DNA of 64,000 bases from Octopus vulgaris. Taxonomy: Eukaryota. The DNA is taken from assembly GCA_951406725.2 (NCBI GenBank), contig OX597815.1:112964001-113028000 (forward strand), in the 5' to 3' direction. The translations under genes were made by a program, and so were the position numbers. Within the stretch, counting starts at the first letter, position 1; the number at the start of each line of letters is the position of its first letter. This document shows, piece after piece, positions 12,904 to 28,171 of the stretch. A model generated the notes under the pieces. The model ran no database searches, was not told the DNA's origin, and saw nothing but the letters and a program-made list of their open reading frames with translations.

Positions 12904-13487
12904 GAGTGAGAGAGCGGTGCATGCCATCAAAGTGACACTGGGGTAAAATACACAAAGCCCAGTATACCCATCGTGACTGCCCGTCTGATAAGGGCACACC
13001 AGGCACATGCATCACAACCATATGTGCGTGACATGGTGATCTCATATCAAGATTAACAGCGCATGACCTTTCAGGTGGAGCCCAATTAGAATCTTCTTCA
13101 AGTTGAGTAGCCCATCCCACTCAAAAAGTCCATGAATAAGGATTGTTTAATGATGTTGAACGAAACTCCAAAGACTTCTTCTTAACACATGGCTATCATG
13201 CTCCCCTACTACTTCTGCTCGTGATCAGAGATGCATATATCTCAGCCACTAAAAGGACATGCTCAACTGGTTAAGGTCAAACAACTGACAAGCAAATCTG
13301 TGGTACTGAGTAGAATATTTGCTGTAGCCCATCTTTTATACCAAGACAAAACAATGTACATGACAACACCTCCAACCTGTTAAGATGAGAAACCATGAGA
13401 GCCAATGCCTGGTACTGTATCAGGGAATTTATACTGCATCAGGGCATTAGTACTGTATCAGGGCATTAGTACTGCATCAGGGCATTT
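12903..13487. repeat. unclassified interspersed-repeat-like segment in an (ATT)n tract, ending in 4x ~19-bp TACTGYATCAGGGCATTAG
   Basis: Higher-GC segment bounded by (ATT)n on both sides; terminal tandem units at 13411-13487. Confidence 0.5.
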
Positions 13488-13503
13488 ATTATTATTATTA
13501 TTA

Positions 13504-13552
<49 letters not shown>

Positions 13553-13557
13553 ATACA

Positions 13558-13749
13558 AAGGCGGTGCGCAGATCGTTAGCACGCTGGGCAAAATGCTTAG
13601 CGGCATTTCGTCTGTCTTTACGTTTTGAGTTCAAATTCCGCCGAGTTCAACTTTGTCTTTCGTATTTTCGTGGTCGATAAATAAAGTACCATTGAAGCAC
13701 TGTGGTCCCCTTCCCCAAAATGTTAGACCTTGTGTCTTTAGTAGGAAGG

Positions 13750-13750
<1 letters not shown>
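13558..13750 (+). mobile_element. SINE family A copy
   Basis: Homologous to 69-276; flanked by (ATT)n. Confidence 0.8.
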
Positions 13751-13805
<55 letters not shown>

Positions 13806-14788
13806 CATTATAATGATCATCATCATTACGATCATCATTATTTGTCTTATTTTGCTTCCTATTCTACTGACCTTCATTACGATGACAGATATGCTCTATG
13901 TCCTGTTTACTGTAAGATTTATGTAGTATTGGCCCTTCAATATGTTTCCAAAATTAATCCTCTCTGTCCTCGCTGCTTCTGCAGCTAAAGCAATTTTGGG
14001 ATGCACTTGTCTGAATTTAAAGATGGAATTGTCATGGCTGAAACATTTTTAACATGAGTCTAGATAGTCAGCGCCTGTTCATTCCGTGATCAGAGGTAGC
14101 CTTCAATATGGGTCGTGAGAGAAGCATCTGGTAGTTCTGGACAAATAATATAAATTCATGTAACCGGTACTTGAACCTAGATTCTCAGCCAGCTCGGTGT
14201 GCCAACATCTTACGATAGCGCTCCCAGACTGATAGAATAAATACTAGGATTGATCTGTTCTACTAAAACCTTCAAAGTATTTTCCCAGCATGGCTGCAGT
14301 CCAATGAGGAAAACATATAACAGACAAAAGGTAACAGACACGATAGAGTTTATATCTGAAATACAAATAAATTACAAAATAATTTTACCAATGTAAATTA
14401 CTATTTACTAAAACCTATTTATTTTACCACATATCTATATGTGTGTGTACATATGTATGTGTGTATACATGTGTGTGTATGTATGTGTGTACATATGTAT
14501 GTGTGAATAATTGTGTGTATGTGTGCATGGTCTATGTACTACTATATACACTACAGATATCAGTGTGTGTGTGTGTGTGTGTGTCTGTGTCTGTCTATGT
14601 GTATATTCGAGATACATTAAGATGTAAATGGCTGGTATAATTCAAGCATACATTATAGTACAATTTTAGAGATCTCAAAACAGCAAAGTACTGAAAAAAT
14701 ATTTTCTTTGTGGAAAAGAATTATACATTCGAGCCTAATGGCTTTCTTATTCAAAGCAAATCATTGGCAGGCAAACGGTAAACGTAAG

Positions 14789-14840
<52 letters not shown>

Positions 14841-15221
14841 GTGTGTGTGTTTGTGTGTGTATGTGTGTGTGTATGTATGTATGTACGTATATATGTATGT
14901 ATGTATGTATAAATATGAACTATGTATGCCAGTATTATCTGTTTTATATGGCATATATTGTATCATTAATACGCGTGTCTCTGTGCATGTGTGTGTGTGT
15001 GTGTGTGAATGTACGTGCGTGCGTGTGTAAAAATCTTAGGGCTGTAAGTGATAACTATCAACTGATGAAACTATTCAGTATTGGTTGCAGAATCAAAATA
15101 ATATCTATTATGAACGGTGTCTATTTACTTCGATGTTTTGTCACTTCTCGAAATAAACTATCATGAGATGTTAGTACAGGCAAAAGTTCGAAGTAACCAG
15201 TGACTACTGATGACAAATATC

Positions 15222-15438
15222 AGTTTCAAATTTTGGCACAATGCCAGCAATTTTGGAGGAGGAGCATTACTTGATGGCATCGACGCCAGTGATCAACTGG
15301 TACTTATTTCATCGACCCCGAAAGGATGAAAAGCAAAGTCAACCTTGGCAGAATTGGAACTCAGAACGTAAAAGATGAATGAAATGCCGTTAAGCATTTT
15401 TCCCATCCTGCTAACGATTCTGCCATCTCACTGCCTCA
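15222..15438 (-). mobile_element. SINE family A copy
   Basis: Reverse complement of the family A head and body. Confidence 0.8.
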
Positions 15439-15869
15439 GTGATAACAAATATCACACACACAACACACAAAATGCACACGCATATACACACACATAGACA
15501 GACACACAGTTACACACATACGCCATTCACACGCACTATTTGTACATCACCACAACAGTTAGTATCTATAAATTATTTCACCTTTTCTGCCATCTTTGTC
15601 ACTGTTTATGTCACCATCTTCCCGGCCAGCGCATCCTGCAATTTGTGCATCATTCTATCTTTTACATATATGTCGCTTTCATCTCATCTAGCTGATTGAC
15701 GTCATTCCCGCAATCCCTGACGAAGCTCTCGAGCGAGTCAAAATGTATTTTGTCGCGGTTATGGATTTATATTTTGACTCTCAGACTTCTTGCATTGAGT
15801 ACTATTTTCTGTAGCCTGACAATGTTCGCTTGAACCTGTCATTTCTATGAGTATCTATAAGAATTTATA

Positions 15870-15926
<57 letters not shown>

Positions 15927-16119
15927 GCACGCGCGCAATATACAACTACAAATACAAACGTAGAAACTTACATACCTAAATATAAATGCATATAAATAAA
16001 TATAAACATATACACACAAAAATATATTCAGATATATATCTATGTAAATGTATATTCAATTACAATATGTATGAATATACATATATATATGTGTGTGTGT
16101 GTCTCTGTGTGTGTATGTT

Positions 16120-16255
<136 letters not shown>

Positions 16256-16852
16256 CATGCAGGCAAACAGAGCTGGAGATAGATAAACAGACAGACAGAA
16301 AGATACGTAAATATAGATAATTATGTGAAATACGAGAATAGACTAAAGCATATTAAATTCAACACGCATATGAATGCATAAAGAAAATTTACTGTGTAAA
16401 TAATCATGGAAGAGGATGAGCATGAAATATATCATTCACAATGGAACTCAACTGTTGGACATGCACATATATAAAAACAATTATTTTCTTGTTAAACCTA
16501 GACCAAATAGAATGCAGCCATAATTGAGAAAAACATGAACCAATCTAAAATTAATGTGTAAGGATGGCCAAGGACGAAAATAATTAAAAATTTAAACGAC
16601 AGCGTGACTACGATTGAATATAGTAAAGATATTAGATGCTGGTGTATTGGAAGTGGATTCACACTCTACAAATGAAACAAGCCTGTGAGGATGAGTCGCA
16701 AGTTACTGATTGAATGTGGTTTTGTATTTATGGATGAAATCAACCGTTAAAGTTTGAGAGATCTAAAATGCATTCATGATGTTAAGTGGATTATCTTGTA
16801 TCTCCTCCATACTGATACATATTTGATATGAGCATATACACACATGTAAGTC

Positions 16853-17230
16853 GAGGCTCATGGCTTAGTGGTTAATCGTAAGATTGTGGTTTCGGTTCCT
16901 GGACCGAGTAGTGCGTTGTGTTCTTGAGCAAAATACTTCATTTCCCGCTGCTCAAATCCTGTATGAGTATTCCTGCGACGAATGGAATATATACACCAGA
17001 GAGACGAGAAAACTGGCCCTATGCTCCTTACGGAGTAATGTGAACACACCATATGCACATATAAATGCAGGCGTGGATGTGTGGTCAACAAGTTCAGCTC
17101 GCAACCACGAGGCTTCCAGTTCAGTCCCACAGCGCAGAATCGTCAGCAAGTCTTATCTGTACATCTAGCAAACCAACGCCTTGTGAGTGAATTTGATGGG
17201 GAAAGTTTGTGTGAGCTGATGTGTGTGTAT
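16853..17230 (+). mobile_element. two decayed tRNA-derived SINE heads
   Basis: TGGCTTAGTGGTTA...GGTTTCGGTTCC at ~16860-16900 and GCAGGCGTGG.TGTGTGGT...AGTTCAGTCCC at ~17067-17128. Confidence 0.6.
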
Positions 17231-17650
17231 GCATGTATATATTATATGCGTGTGTGTGTATACATGCATACACATACACGTTTCACCATACTCAGATACA
17301 AATACATACATACACACATTCATACATATATATATATATATATGTATATATATGTATATACATGTATATACAAATATATATATACATATATATATGTGTA
17401 TATATATATATGGAGTGTGCTTTTCTGTTATTGGTAGAATCAACTGAATAATCCTCCACCTCGTGTATCATTCAGTAAACACTGGGTGAAGTGAACGATG
17501 CATTTCGGCCTTTTTAAACCTTTTCAATAGTGCATACTCACGGTCACCCAGCTCGGTCGTTTCTTTTTCTGGAGTTCCTACGGTGTGCAAACATCTCTTC
17601 ACGCATGTAAATCTGATAGATGGATAGATAGACAGATGGATAGATAGATG

Positions 17651-17740
<90 letters not shown>

Positions 17741-17888
17741 AAATTGCCTTTTGTCAAGAAACCGTTGCACGTCGTTATTTAAGCTTTTCAAATGGTATCA
17801 CGCCACTGGACCGGCCTAGATAAACTATTGCAATTTACTTTTGTTCTGAGTAATTCTTCTCCGGATCCTTTTAAAAAATAATAGGGAT

Positions 17889-17936
<48 letters not shown>

Positions 17937-18061
17937 CTGTCTGTCTGTCAGTTGGTTACTGTGTCTGCTTTTCATGGATAGATAAAGTGTATTTGATTAC
18001 TTCCCCGAAGCCTAGAGCTTCGTCAGAAATGAGACCGATAGAATTAGATATCAGACTTAAA

Positions 18062-18186
18062 ATAATCCTTTCTACTCTAGACACAAGGCCTGAAATTTGG
18101 GGGAGGAGAAGGGTCCAGTACGCAACCAGTACTTAATTTATCGACCCTAAAAGGATGAAAGGCAAAGTCGACCTCAGCGGAATTTA
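18062..18186 (-). mobile_element. SINE family A fragment
   Basis: ATCGACCC.AAAGGATGAAAGGCAAAGTCGACCTC core. Confidence 0.75.
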
Positions 18187-18497
18187 ATAGATATGCTTTT
18201 TTGTACGTATATGTTCACACATTTACAAGCAGTGTATGTGTGTGTATATATATATGTATATGTATATATGAATATATATATTTCGTTTGAGGATTTGGTT
18301 TACAAGATTCTTTATGTGAGTTCGTGTGTTGAATTATAAAGCACAAAAAGAAAATGAGTCTCCCCAGACACAATAGCGCATATATACATGTGTGTGTATG
18401 TATGTATGTATGTATGTATGTATGTATGTATGTATGTATGTATGTATGTATGTATGTGTGTTTGTATGTATATGTATGTCTGTGTGTATGTATATGA

Positions 18498-18712
18498 GAG
18501 TGTAATTCGGCAGGAGGACTTAAACGACATGCAAAGGTACATGAAGCCCAGTTACAACTACAGCCGGCTATTACCGGTAAAGGTTTTAGTTGCCAATTCT
18601 GTACAAGACATTGTAGATCTTTAGTTGGGCTAAAAAGTCACATTCGGTCACAGCACCAGTAACAGTTAAGCTATGTGCAATGGCCATACTCGATAACGAG
18701 GGGGCAGCCATA
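18498..18712 (+). mobile_element. second, shorter 3' fragment of the zinc-finger RTE LINE
   Basis: Highly similar to 812-1025; open frame 18498-18662 ECNSAGGLKRHAKVH...GFSCQFCTRHCRSLVGLKSHIRSQHQ*; same 3' hairpin CTCG-ATAA-CGAG. Confidence 0.9.
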
Positions 18713-19651
18713 ATGTATATGTATAGTCATAGGAGAGTTGCTCCGCGTACATTTCTGGAACTGGAATTGCAGTATTCGAACGTCTTGAATCTTTCCATGT
18801 GGAACGTTCTCTGGATATCTGCAGCCGTAGAATATTTCTGGTTGCAGAGTAAAGAGACGCTTCACGTTGTTTCAAGACTGGGACTTTTCACTTAGACAAT
18901 GCATAAAGTCCTGTCATTCGTTAACTTATGGCTTAAATTCTTCAACGAAATTCCATGAAAAGCCTGATAAAAATTTTCTTTAGCCAGTTCTAGTTAATAA
19001 TTTACCCTGACAGCGAGAACCTACACCACAATAACCCAACAATAATATCCGGGTAAACTGCAATAAATATGATCATGTGACCGGTTTAAGCGATGAGAAC
19101 AAACCTGCTGATATCACCTTCAGCTATCATTTACATTTTTGTCTATATCTTCTGAAGAATCACAAGAATTTATCAGATGTGTACATATGTAAAAACGCTT
19201 TTGTAATAAACAATATATGAGCATAAAATAGTTGCTACTTATGCAATCACGCTGCCAAAAATGCTTCTTATGAAATCTTGTACTTTCAGCTAGGTTTTCA
19301 TTTCTGCTCGATTTAAATAGGAGTTGCTTTTAAATACATTTGAGCATGGAAAATAAGGGTGCCTACAATCTGGAGAGATGTGAGGCAAACATTACAGAAT
19401 AACCTCTGCAGTTTTCTATGTGAGAGGAAAATAACAAGTGAGACGTTATGAGCTGTAATTCCAACAATTAAATTTTCCATAGAATTTTCTAAAAAGCACT
19501 GTTTGAGCAAAAAATATTTATAACTCTTATTTGAGCCGCCGACAAACACGTGATATGCTAATTAGTCTAGTTATGCGAGCAAGTTTCTAGTTTGTATTTC
19601 TTTTAAATAGCGATTGATCTTGAGTTCGCTTAGTGAGTAGAAGAATTACAA

Positions 19652-20240
19652 ATATTCTTTTCTTCTCGAGGCAAAAGGCCCGATATTTTCAGGGAGAGTG
19701 CTAGTCGATTAGATCGATCCCAGTACGCAACTGGTACTTAATTTATCGACCACGAAAGGATCAAAGGCAAAGTTGACCTCGTTGGAATTTGAACTCAGAA
19801 CGTAAAGATAGACGAAATACCTATTTCTTTACTACCCACAAGGGGCTAAACGCATAAGGAACAAACAAGGACAGACAAACGGATTAAGTCGATTACATCA
19901 ACTCCAGTGCGTAACTGGTACTTATTTAATCGACCCCGAAAGGATGAAAGGCAAAGTCGACCTCGGCGGAATTTGAACTCAGAACGTAGCGGCAGACGAA
20001 ATACCTACTTCTTTACTACCCGCAAGGCGCTAAGCACAGAGGGGACAAACAAGGACAGACAAACGGATTAAGTCGATTACATCGACCCCAATGTGTAACT
20101 GGTACTTATTTAATCGACCCCGAAAGGATGAAAGGCAAAGTCGACCTCGGCGGAATTTGAACTCAGAACGTAACGGCAGACGAAATACCGCAAAGCATTT
20201 CGCACGGCGTGCTAAGGTTTCTGCCAGTTCGCCGCCTTAT
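19652..20240 (-). mobile_element. SINE family A with tandem 184-bp internal repeats
   Basis: GACGAAATAC recurs at 19811, 19995 and 20179; a single head at ~20190-20240. Confidence 0.85.
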
Positions 20241-20265
20241 ACGAATTAAGAATATTAAGAACGTA

Positions 20266-20375
20266 TGCCGAGGTCGACTTTGCCTAATATCCTTTCGGGG
20301 TTGATAAATTACGTACCAGTTGCGACTGGCCTCCCACCAAAAAATTTCAGACCTTGTGCCTAGAGGAGAAAAGAA
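20266..20375 (+). mobile_element. SINE family A 3' fragment
   Basis: GCCGAGGTCGACTTTGCC...CCTTGTGCCT. Confidence 0.7.
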
Positions 20376-20555
20376 TATTAAGAATGTAATCAATCGTCAA
20401 GTCATGAAACGTACCTGTGTCTCTGAGAAACCGTAACAATATTTATTTGTATTTATTTGTTTTTCACAAGGTGTTATAAGCTGTAGTTTCTTTACAGCAA
20501 ATTTGCCATATACGTTTTAATACCTGCTGTGTCTACATTAGACACACACACACAC

Positions 20556-20587
<32 letters not shown>

Positions 20588-20594
20588 GTGTAGA

Positions 20595-20663
<69 letters not shown>

Positions 20664-22361
20664 GCGCGCGCGTGGGTATGTACATCCATACACATGCACG
20701 TATATCATTTGTTTATTTTCTTTTCGCATAAATTCATCAAATCATTATAAAATATGTAGTTTCAAATGCTCACATTATTTTTTCCGCTGCATTTTCTGAA
20801 GAAAAATTTCCTCGGAGGATATGAGATGTTAACTTAGAACAGCTGTTTGTCTTGAATTGTTGTTTTTTTATTGTTGTTTACTCTGGAATAGAATTGAATA
20901 TATGTTTCTTTGTTCTCTCTCCTCGTTGAAAGTTTTAGCAAAATCTAATTAGCAATTACAAAATACGAAGGGAACCTGATGAGGATACACAGGAAGAAGT
21001 TGTGCTGTAAATGGGAAGGAGAGAAAGGGTACAGGAAGTCGGGAAGAGAGGAGGTAGAAAAGCGGACGGAATGTGAAAAAGGGAAAAGAAAGAGTGTACG
21101 AATATACACATACTTGCGCATGCCTGTGTATATGTGCGTCGTATGTTTCTATGAATGTATATGTGCGTATATGTATATAGGTATGTATGCATGTTTGTAT
21201 GTATGTATATATTTATATAAGTATATATGCCTGTATGTGTGTGTATATCTCCTATATAAGTATGCATATGCACATGTTTTTGCGTAGGAGTGTATTTGTG
21301 TGTGGTGCATATAAACATATATATGTATGCGTGCAGTTTAGGTTTATGCTTATTAGAATGAAAGTATACACAGCTAACCTCATACGGTATATTTCTATTA
21401 GTAGGAAGGTAAGAGATAATGTGTGTTTGAATGGGCATGTGTATATGTCTGAGAAAGAGCCGGAGAGATAGAGGACGGGGAAAAGAGACAGAAATAAATA
21501 ATATTTGCATGAACCAAAGCCTACTTTTGTGTGTAGCTTTTTGTATGCGTGTGTGTATTTGTATGTGTAAGCTTGTTTGTGTGTGTGTGTGTGCGCGTGT
21601 GTGTGTGTGTGCGCGTGTGTGTGTGTGTGTGCGCGTGTGTGTGTGTGTGCGCGTGTGTGTGTGTGTGCGCGTGTGTGTGTGTGTGCGCGTTTGTGTGTGT
21701 GTGCGCGTGTGTGTGTGTGTGCGCGTGTGTGTGTGGCCGTCTGCTCCTTTATCATCACAATTGTATATCCATCTTGAGGTATTTCCTCCGAGAATGCTGT
21801 TTAATGAATACCCAAAGCAGCTGGTGCATGTCCAGTGAAATTAGGTTGACGAAAGTTGTGTGGGAACCTATCGAACACTTTTTAATTCTTTTGTTTGTTT
21901 ATTATGTCTTCATGAAGAGGGACAGTACCCATGGCTTTCAGAAGCCGCGAGAAACATTAAATTTCTAGAAGAACATTATTGGCATAACATATGTGATGTT
22001 CATCTTGTGTCTTTGAAAGTCAAATACTGCAGAGGGAAAAATGAACAAATAGAGAATTCTAGAGGGCTAACGTTCTGCAAAGAGATAACTGGGTAGCGTC
22101 ATTAGTGCGGAGCCTGGAGTTGAACATAACAAACGAATGGGACGTGAATGCCTAGGTAGATATGGTATGGTCCAGCTCACTACGAAAATTAAAGGATATT
22201 ATTGTAGAGGTTGAAAAACCAAAACCAGAAAACAGTTTAACTTTGACCAGAACTGAAATATGACTGTGAGTGACTTTATATGCCTATCAGTTGGATGGTT
22301 GTTTTCTGGATGCGGTCTTAGACTTTTGTGTGTGCAGCAATGTCACGGTACGTCATAGTGT

Positions 22362-22795
22362 GTGAAAAAGTCGTGTGAAAAAGAAAACACCTACGCTGAA
22401 CTACTGAGAAACTTACTGTTACTATACCGGGATTACAAATTTATACTTGTAATTATTGGGGCACTGGGATATGTAACACGCACCCTAAAAAGAAAGTTAA
22501 TTCGAAGATTACAGATTCAAGCCATCGATGTAACTGTAAAAATTTGTAAAACATTCCAGAAGTTTAGCATTTGAGTGTATATGCGCATCTCTAAACATGC
22601 AATTATATCAATGAGAATACGTAGGTAGAACAAAACACAAATATACACATGCACAGACTCCAAATACTGCACACATATATATATATATATACAAATATCA
22701 TGTTGATGTTGAGATTCCAGTGAAGCCTTTGATCTAGGTTAGAAACCGGCTCTTTTTTCTATTGGCAACAAATCTTGAAATAAACTGAATAAGAT
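22362..22795 (+). mobile_element. RLE-type (Dong/R4-like) LINE 3' fragment
   Basis: EKENTYAELLRNL...VIIGALGYV...LIRRLQIQAIDVTVKICKTF matches the C-terminal EK..KY..L...P.IIGALG....Q..A..GT..I pattern of RLE retrotransposons. Confidence 0.7.
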
Positions 22796-22891
22796 AAATA
22801 CATACACATATACATATAATCATACATACATGCATACGTGCGTGCATGCATGCATACATACATACATACATACATAAGTATGTCTGTAATG

Positions 22892-22963
<72 letters not shown>

Positions 22964-25032
22964 AGTGTGTAACAAATGTACACGGACAGAGAGAGAGGAA
23001 ATGGCCAACAGAAGAGATTCTATACTTCAAGAAAGACTGAATGATTGAGAGAGAAAAAGAAAGAGAAAAACAAAAGTAACATCGATCTCTTCCTGTCTCG
23101 CCAACAAAGCTAAAAGCTCCTTCGTTTTCTTCAACAACACTCTGTTGAAGGGCAAGAGATCGAAATGTCAGACTCTCTACTCATGGCATTTGAATTTATT
23201 CGACATTCAATAAACTTGCTTTTGATTTATTGTTGCCGACATAGACCTCCATTAGTTTCCTCGGATTCTGGATTTCACCATGTTAGAAAACTGTTTAATG
23301 AGAAAGAGAGAATGTATGTGATCGCTCGACTTGTTAGATATAGCATCCCAAATCTCTCTCAAACCGCATCCCAAAATTTTAAAGAAGGCCTTTTTACATA
23401 ATGCATACTAGGATTCACTACGCATAGGGCAAAAACAGGATAATAGCTGCTAAAATGTTTTTGAACATGGTCGGTTTAGTTAGCAGTGTCCAGGAGCTAT
23501 ATAAACAATAACAAAAGAACTGTCTTTTGAGATTCTCTACCTGGTAGCTCGACAGGCTTAAAAATAACAACTCAGATTTGTTTCTCATAACACCATCCCG
23601 TCTTTAAAAACATGAAGGATTCATTAGATGGTGTGGTTGTTGATCTAACAAGTAGCATGCATTGGAAAGGGACAGAATGATCATGGTTGAAAAGTCTGTG
23701 ATGATAGGTCTATTTGGTCGGAGCTAACCTAACGTTAAACAACAACTGTGCGTATAGCTTGTTATGCGTGTAACTATAAGTGAATGTGCATATGTGAGTG
23801 TGTAGATGAATAAATGTGTGTGTGTATGAGAGCACTCGTGAGTGAGTGTGTTTGTGAGAGAGACTGTGTGAGAGCGTTATATACATGTGTGTGCATAAGT
23901 TTTGCTTCTGTAGAAGCGTGTAGATCGGATTTTTAACAAATAGATTGAAAAGAAAATGAGAAAAGGGGAAAGAAAGAGTTTAAAATATCCAAGGGTAAAG
24001 AGGAATCACGGGGAGAGTCAATTTATGTATAAAGATTAACAAATAACAGTCGATTATTTGACCCCGAAGTTAGGCCTTGTCAAGTAGATTTCTGATCTAA
24101 AAGGCATTCTAAATATATCTCTAGTTTTCGTGCCAGACATAGTGCATCTAGGACCGCATTATCAAATGCCTCCTCTTCTTGAATCAACTGCGAGAGTGCT
24201 TTGGTTGCCTGCTTTGACAGGTTTTGTGAACATATGGATGAGTATGCTTGATATAACGTTCCGTTGAAATATTTCAATTAACAAACTGTTATTTTCACTG
24301 AATACAGCGAGATATGAAGCGATGATTTGCATATTGTTTTAATACGATGAACATATTTGCGTTCAAATCTGCCGAAAAGTATTAAGAATAAACAGGCATA
24401 TCATCGTTCATTTCTCCTTAAAATTGTTGGAAACCTTAGGAATAGAATCGTGGGGCAAGCAAAGGCGATTCCTATGCAACCACGTGATGCTAGGATCACT
24501 ACCAGTTTCAATATCGCTGCGTAGCACCTTCAACAAGACCCTTGCTGAAAGAATCATGCGTCGATTCAAATATTTTGAGAGCGGCATTGGATTTATGGGA
24601 ACTGTGCCGAAGCCAACCGGATTGATGGTACCTTGTATTTTGGAACTAGACCTAATGCTCCGCCCGGTTTAAGGCCACCACTTAGCCATTGGCTTCAGCC
24701 ATTAGTAAATTTCATTCTGTTACAAGCATTCGTCCAAGTCTCTGATTTGAATATATGAACCGCTGAGAGACTCTCAGTTACAGTTCATTTTCTCCTTCCG
24801 CCCCACAATTCTCTGTCATCCTATGACAGGTCATGAGTGTTGTTCTTCCTCTTCTGGCTAACTTAGTAAAAATGAAATCGTAGACGTAAATACAGTTAAG
24901 TGATGGTGTTTCTTAATAATAACTATCTATCGAAACTTTTTCGAAACTATTTTGGAATGACATTTCCGCCACGTTTGCTATTTAATTATAAAATATCCGT
25001 TTTATTTGCTGCCTTGTACGTTTTCTCTCTCC

Positions 25033-25089
<57 letters not shown>

Positions 25090-25504
25090 CTCTTTGTCTC
25101 TCTCACTCCATCATTCTCATTTTCTTTTTCTCTCCTTCACTTTCATTCACATATGCTCTCCCCATCTCTCTCTCTCTCTCGACCAATCACTTTTTGTTTG
25201 TCTTTTTACTGTATTCCTTCTTTCTCTTTTCTTCTCGTTGCTTTCCTTTTCATGAGCTCTTTCATTACCTACTCCTTTTCCCTTGCCTTTAACTTTCATT
25301 TTCTTTTTCTCATTCTCTCTCTCTCTCTCTCTTTCTCTATCTTTCTCTCTCTCTCACTCTTTATTCTTTTCTCACATTCTCTCCCGGTTTACGTATTGTC
25401 GTCATATAAATTCCCCTCTCTGTCTCTCTCTCCCTCTCACTCTCTTGTTCTGTCACTCACTCTCTCTTACACACTTTCTTTTCTTATTTACACTTTTTTG
25501 TTTT

Positions 25505-25549
<45 letters not shown>

Positions 25550-26740
25550 CTCTCATCTCTTTCAATGCTTCATTGACATTTCTATAAGTTCTTTCATAAT
25601 TTTACGTAGTTACACTTATAGAAACATACACACCACAATGTAGTCGAGTGCATACAAACAATCATACATTCACACACGCGCGTGCACAAACACACACACA
25701 CACACATACGCATACGCATACACACACACACAAACACATACGCAAATTCACACACTCTCTTTCCAATTTGAGCCGATGAGTACACACACACCGCCAGGCA
25801 ACCTTGCACACACGCATAAATAAACATACATGCATGGGCAAACACGCAATCACGCTCACACACGCTCACGCACAAACATACACACACGCACACACTTACA
25901 CTCTCTCTCACACACACACTTACACTCTCTCTCACACACACACACACGCACACTCCTTAACTCAGACACAAAAGCGTACAACGAAGAACAACATATGCAA
26001 AATCTTTACTGCTGACACAAATCTACGTACACCATAGCTCAACAAACACACACTCACGCGCACACATACACACTCACACATACATACATACACACACATA
26101 TACACACGCATACGAGCACCTTCACACTCATACATATTCATACATTTATACATACGTAAAAACATCTTACACTCATACACATGTATACGTTACACGATCA
26201 TAGCACGAATCTTCCCATACACAAAAGCAGACAAACACAAACACACACAAACTCACAAACACACACACACACACAAACACAAACACATACGCATACAAGA
26301 ATAAACATATACACGTATATTCTTACACTTACATACATACAAAGTAAATGCGCACATACATGTAATCACACAACAAACTCTATCACATGCATACAAACAC
26401 AAATTCGCAAACGCACACTACAAATTTAAACAAATATATACATATATGTGAATGAAAATGCATATACATACACAAACACAAAACACACACACATATATAT
26501 ATACACATATACGTACATACATCCATACACACAATCGTACACACAAACACATCATATTCACACATGCACTCACGCACACACGCATACACACACACACACA
26601 CACACGCACACATACACACACACACGTACACTCAAACACAGACATACACAGAAACAAATTACATACACATATGCGCGCGCAAATATACACAGACACACGA
26701 TCGCACAAACGTGCAAAGAAATACAACACATACACATATA

Positions 26741-26791
<51 letters not shown>

Positions 26792-26871
26792 GTACGCACA
26801 AACACATCACATTCACATATACACTCACACACGCACACAAACAGACCCAGACCTACACAGAAGCACATTGC

Positions 26872-26921
<50 letters not shown>

Positions 26922-27169
26922 ACTCATACAATCGTACACAGTAAAACCAGACGACACGTACAGACACACTTGAAAGACCCCCATAGGAAAATAAATTCGA
27001 CAATATTATCACATTATTTCGGTAAATATTTTTTTCTTGGAAATTTTTAATATTTTTGTATGAATCGTCTTCTTTTAATGCGTCTGTTCGTTTCATTGTG
27101 TAACATTTCTTCATTTTTCTTTCTTGTGTGTTTACAATTGTAATTGTCGTTAGTTTGTTTCTATACGTC

Positions 27170-28022
<853 letters not shown>

Positions 28023-28110
28023 TTAAATGTGGAAGTAAAGTACTCAAGAGAAATAAATAGAATGTTTGTTTTATTTATACATATACTTATGACCATCCCC
28101 ATGTATAACA

Positions 28111-28171
<61 letters not shown>

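Noticed and set aside
15710-15800. CTGACGA followed by a long hairpin (GAGTCAAAAT...ATTTTGACTC), hammerhead-like
   Set aside because: No GAAA or stem III after the hairpin; at best a heavily decayed relic.
17450-17880. Possible mariner N-terminal remnant (KKAEMHRSLHPVF) split by (GATA)n
   Set aside because: Similarity is too weak and no TIR pair was found.
20790-20850. CTGAAGA...GAACAGCTG hammerhead-like layout
   Set aside because: Incomplete GAAA and no stem I pairing.
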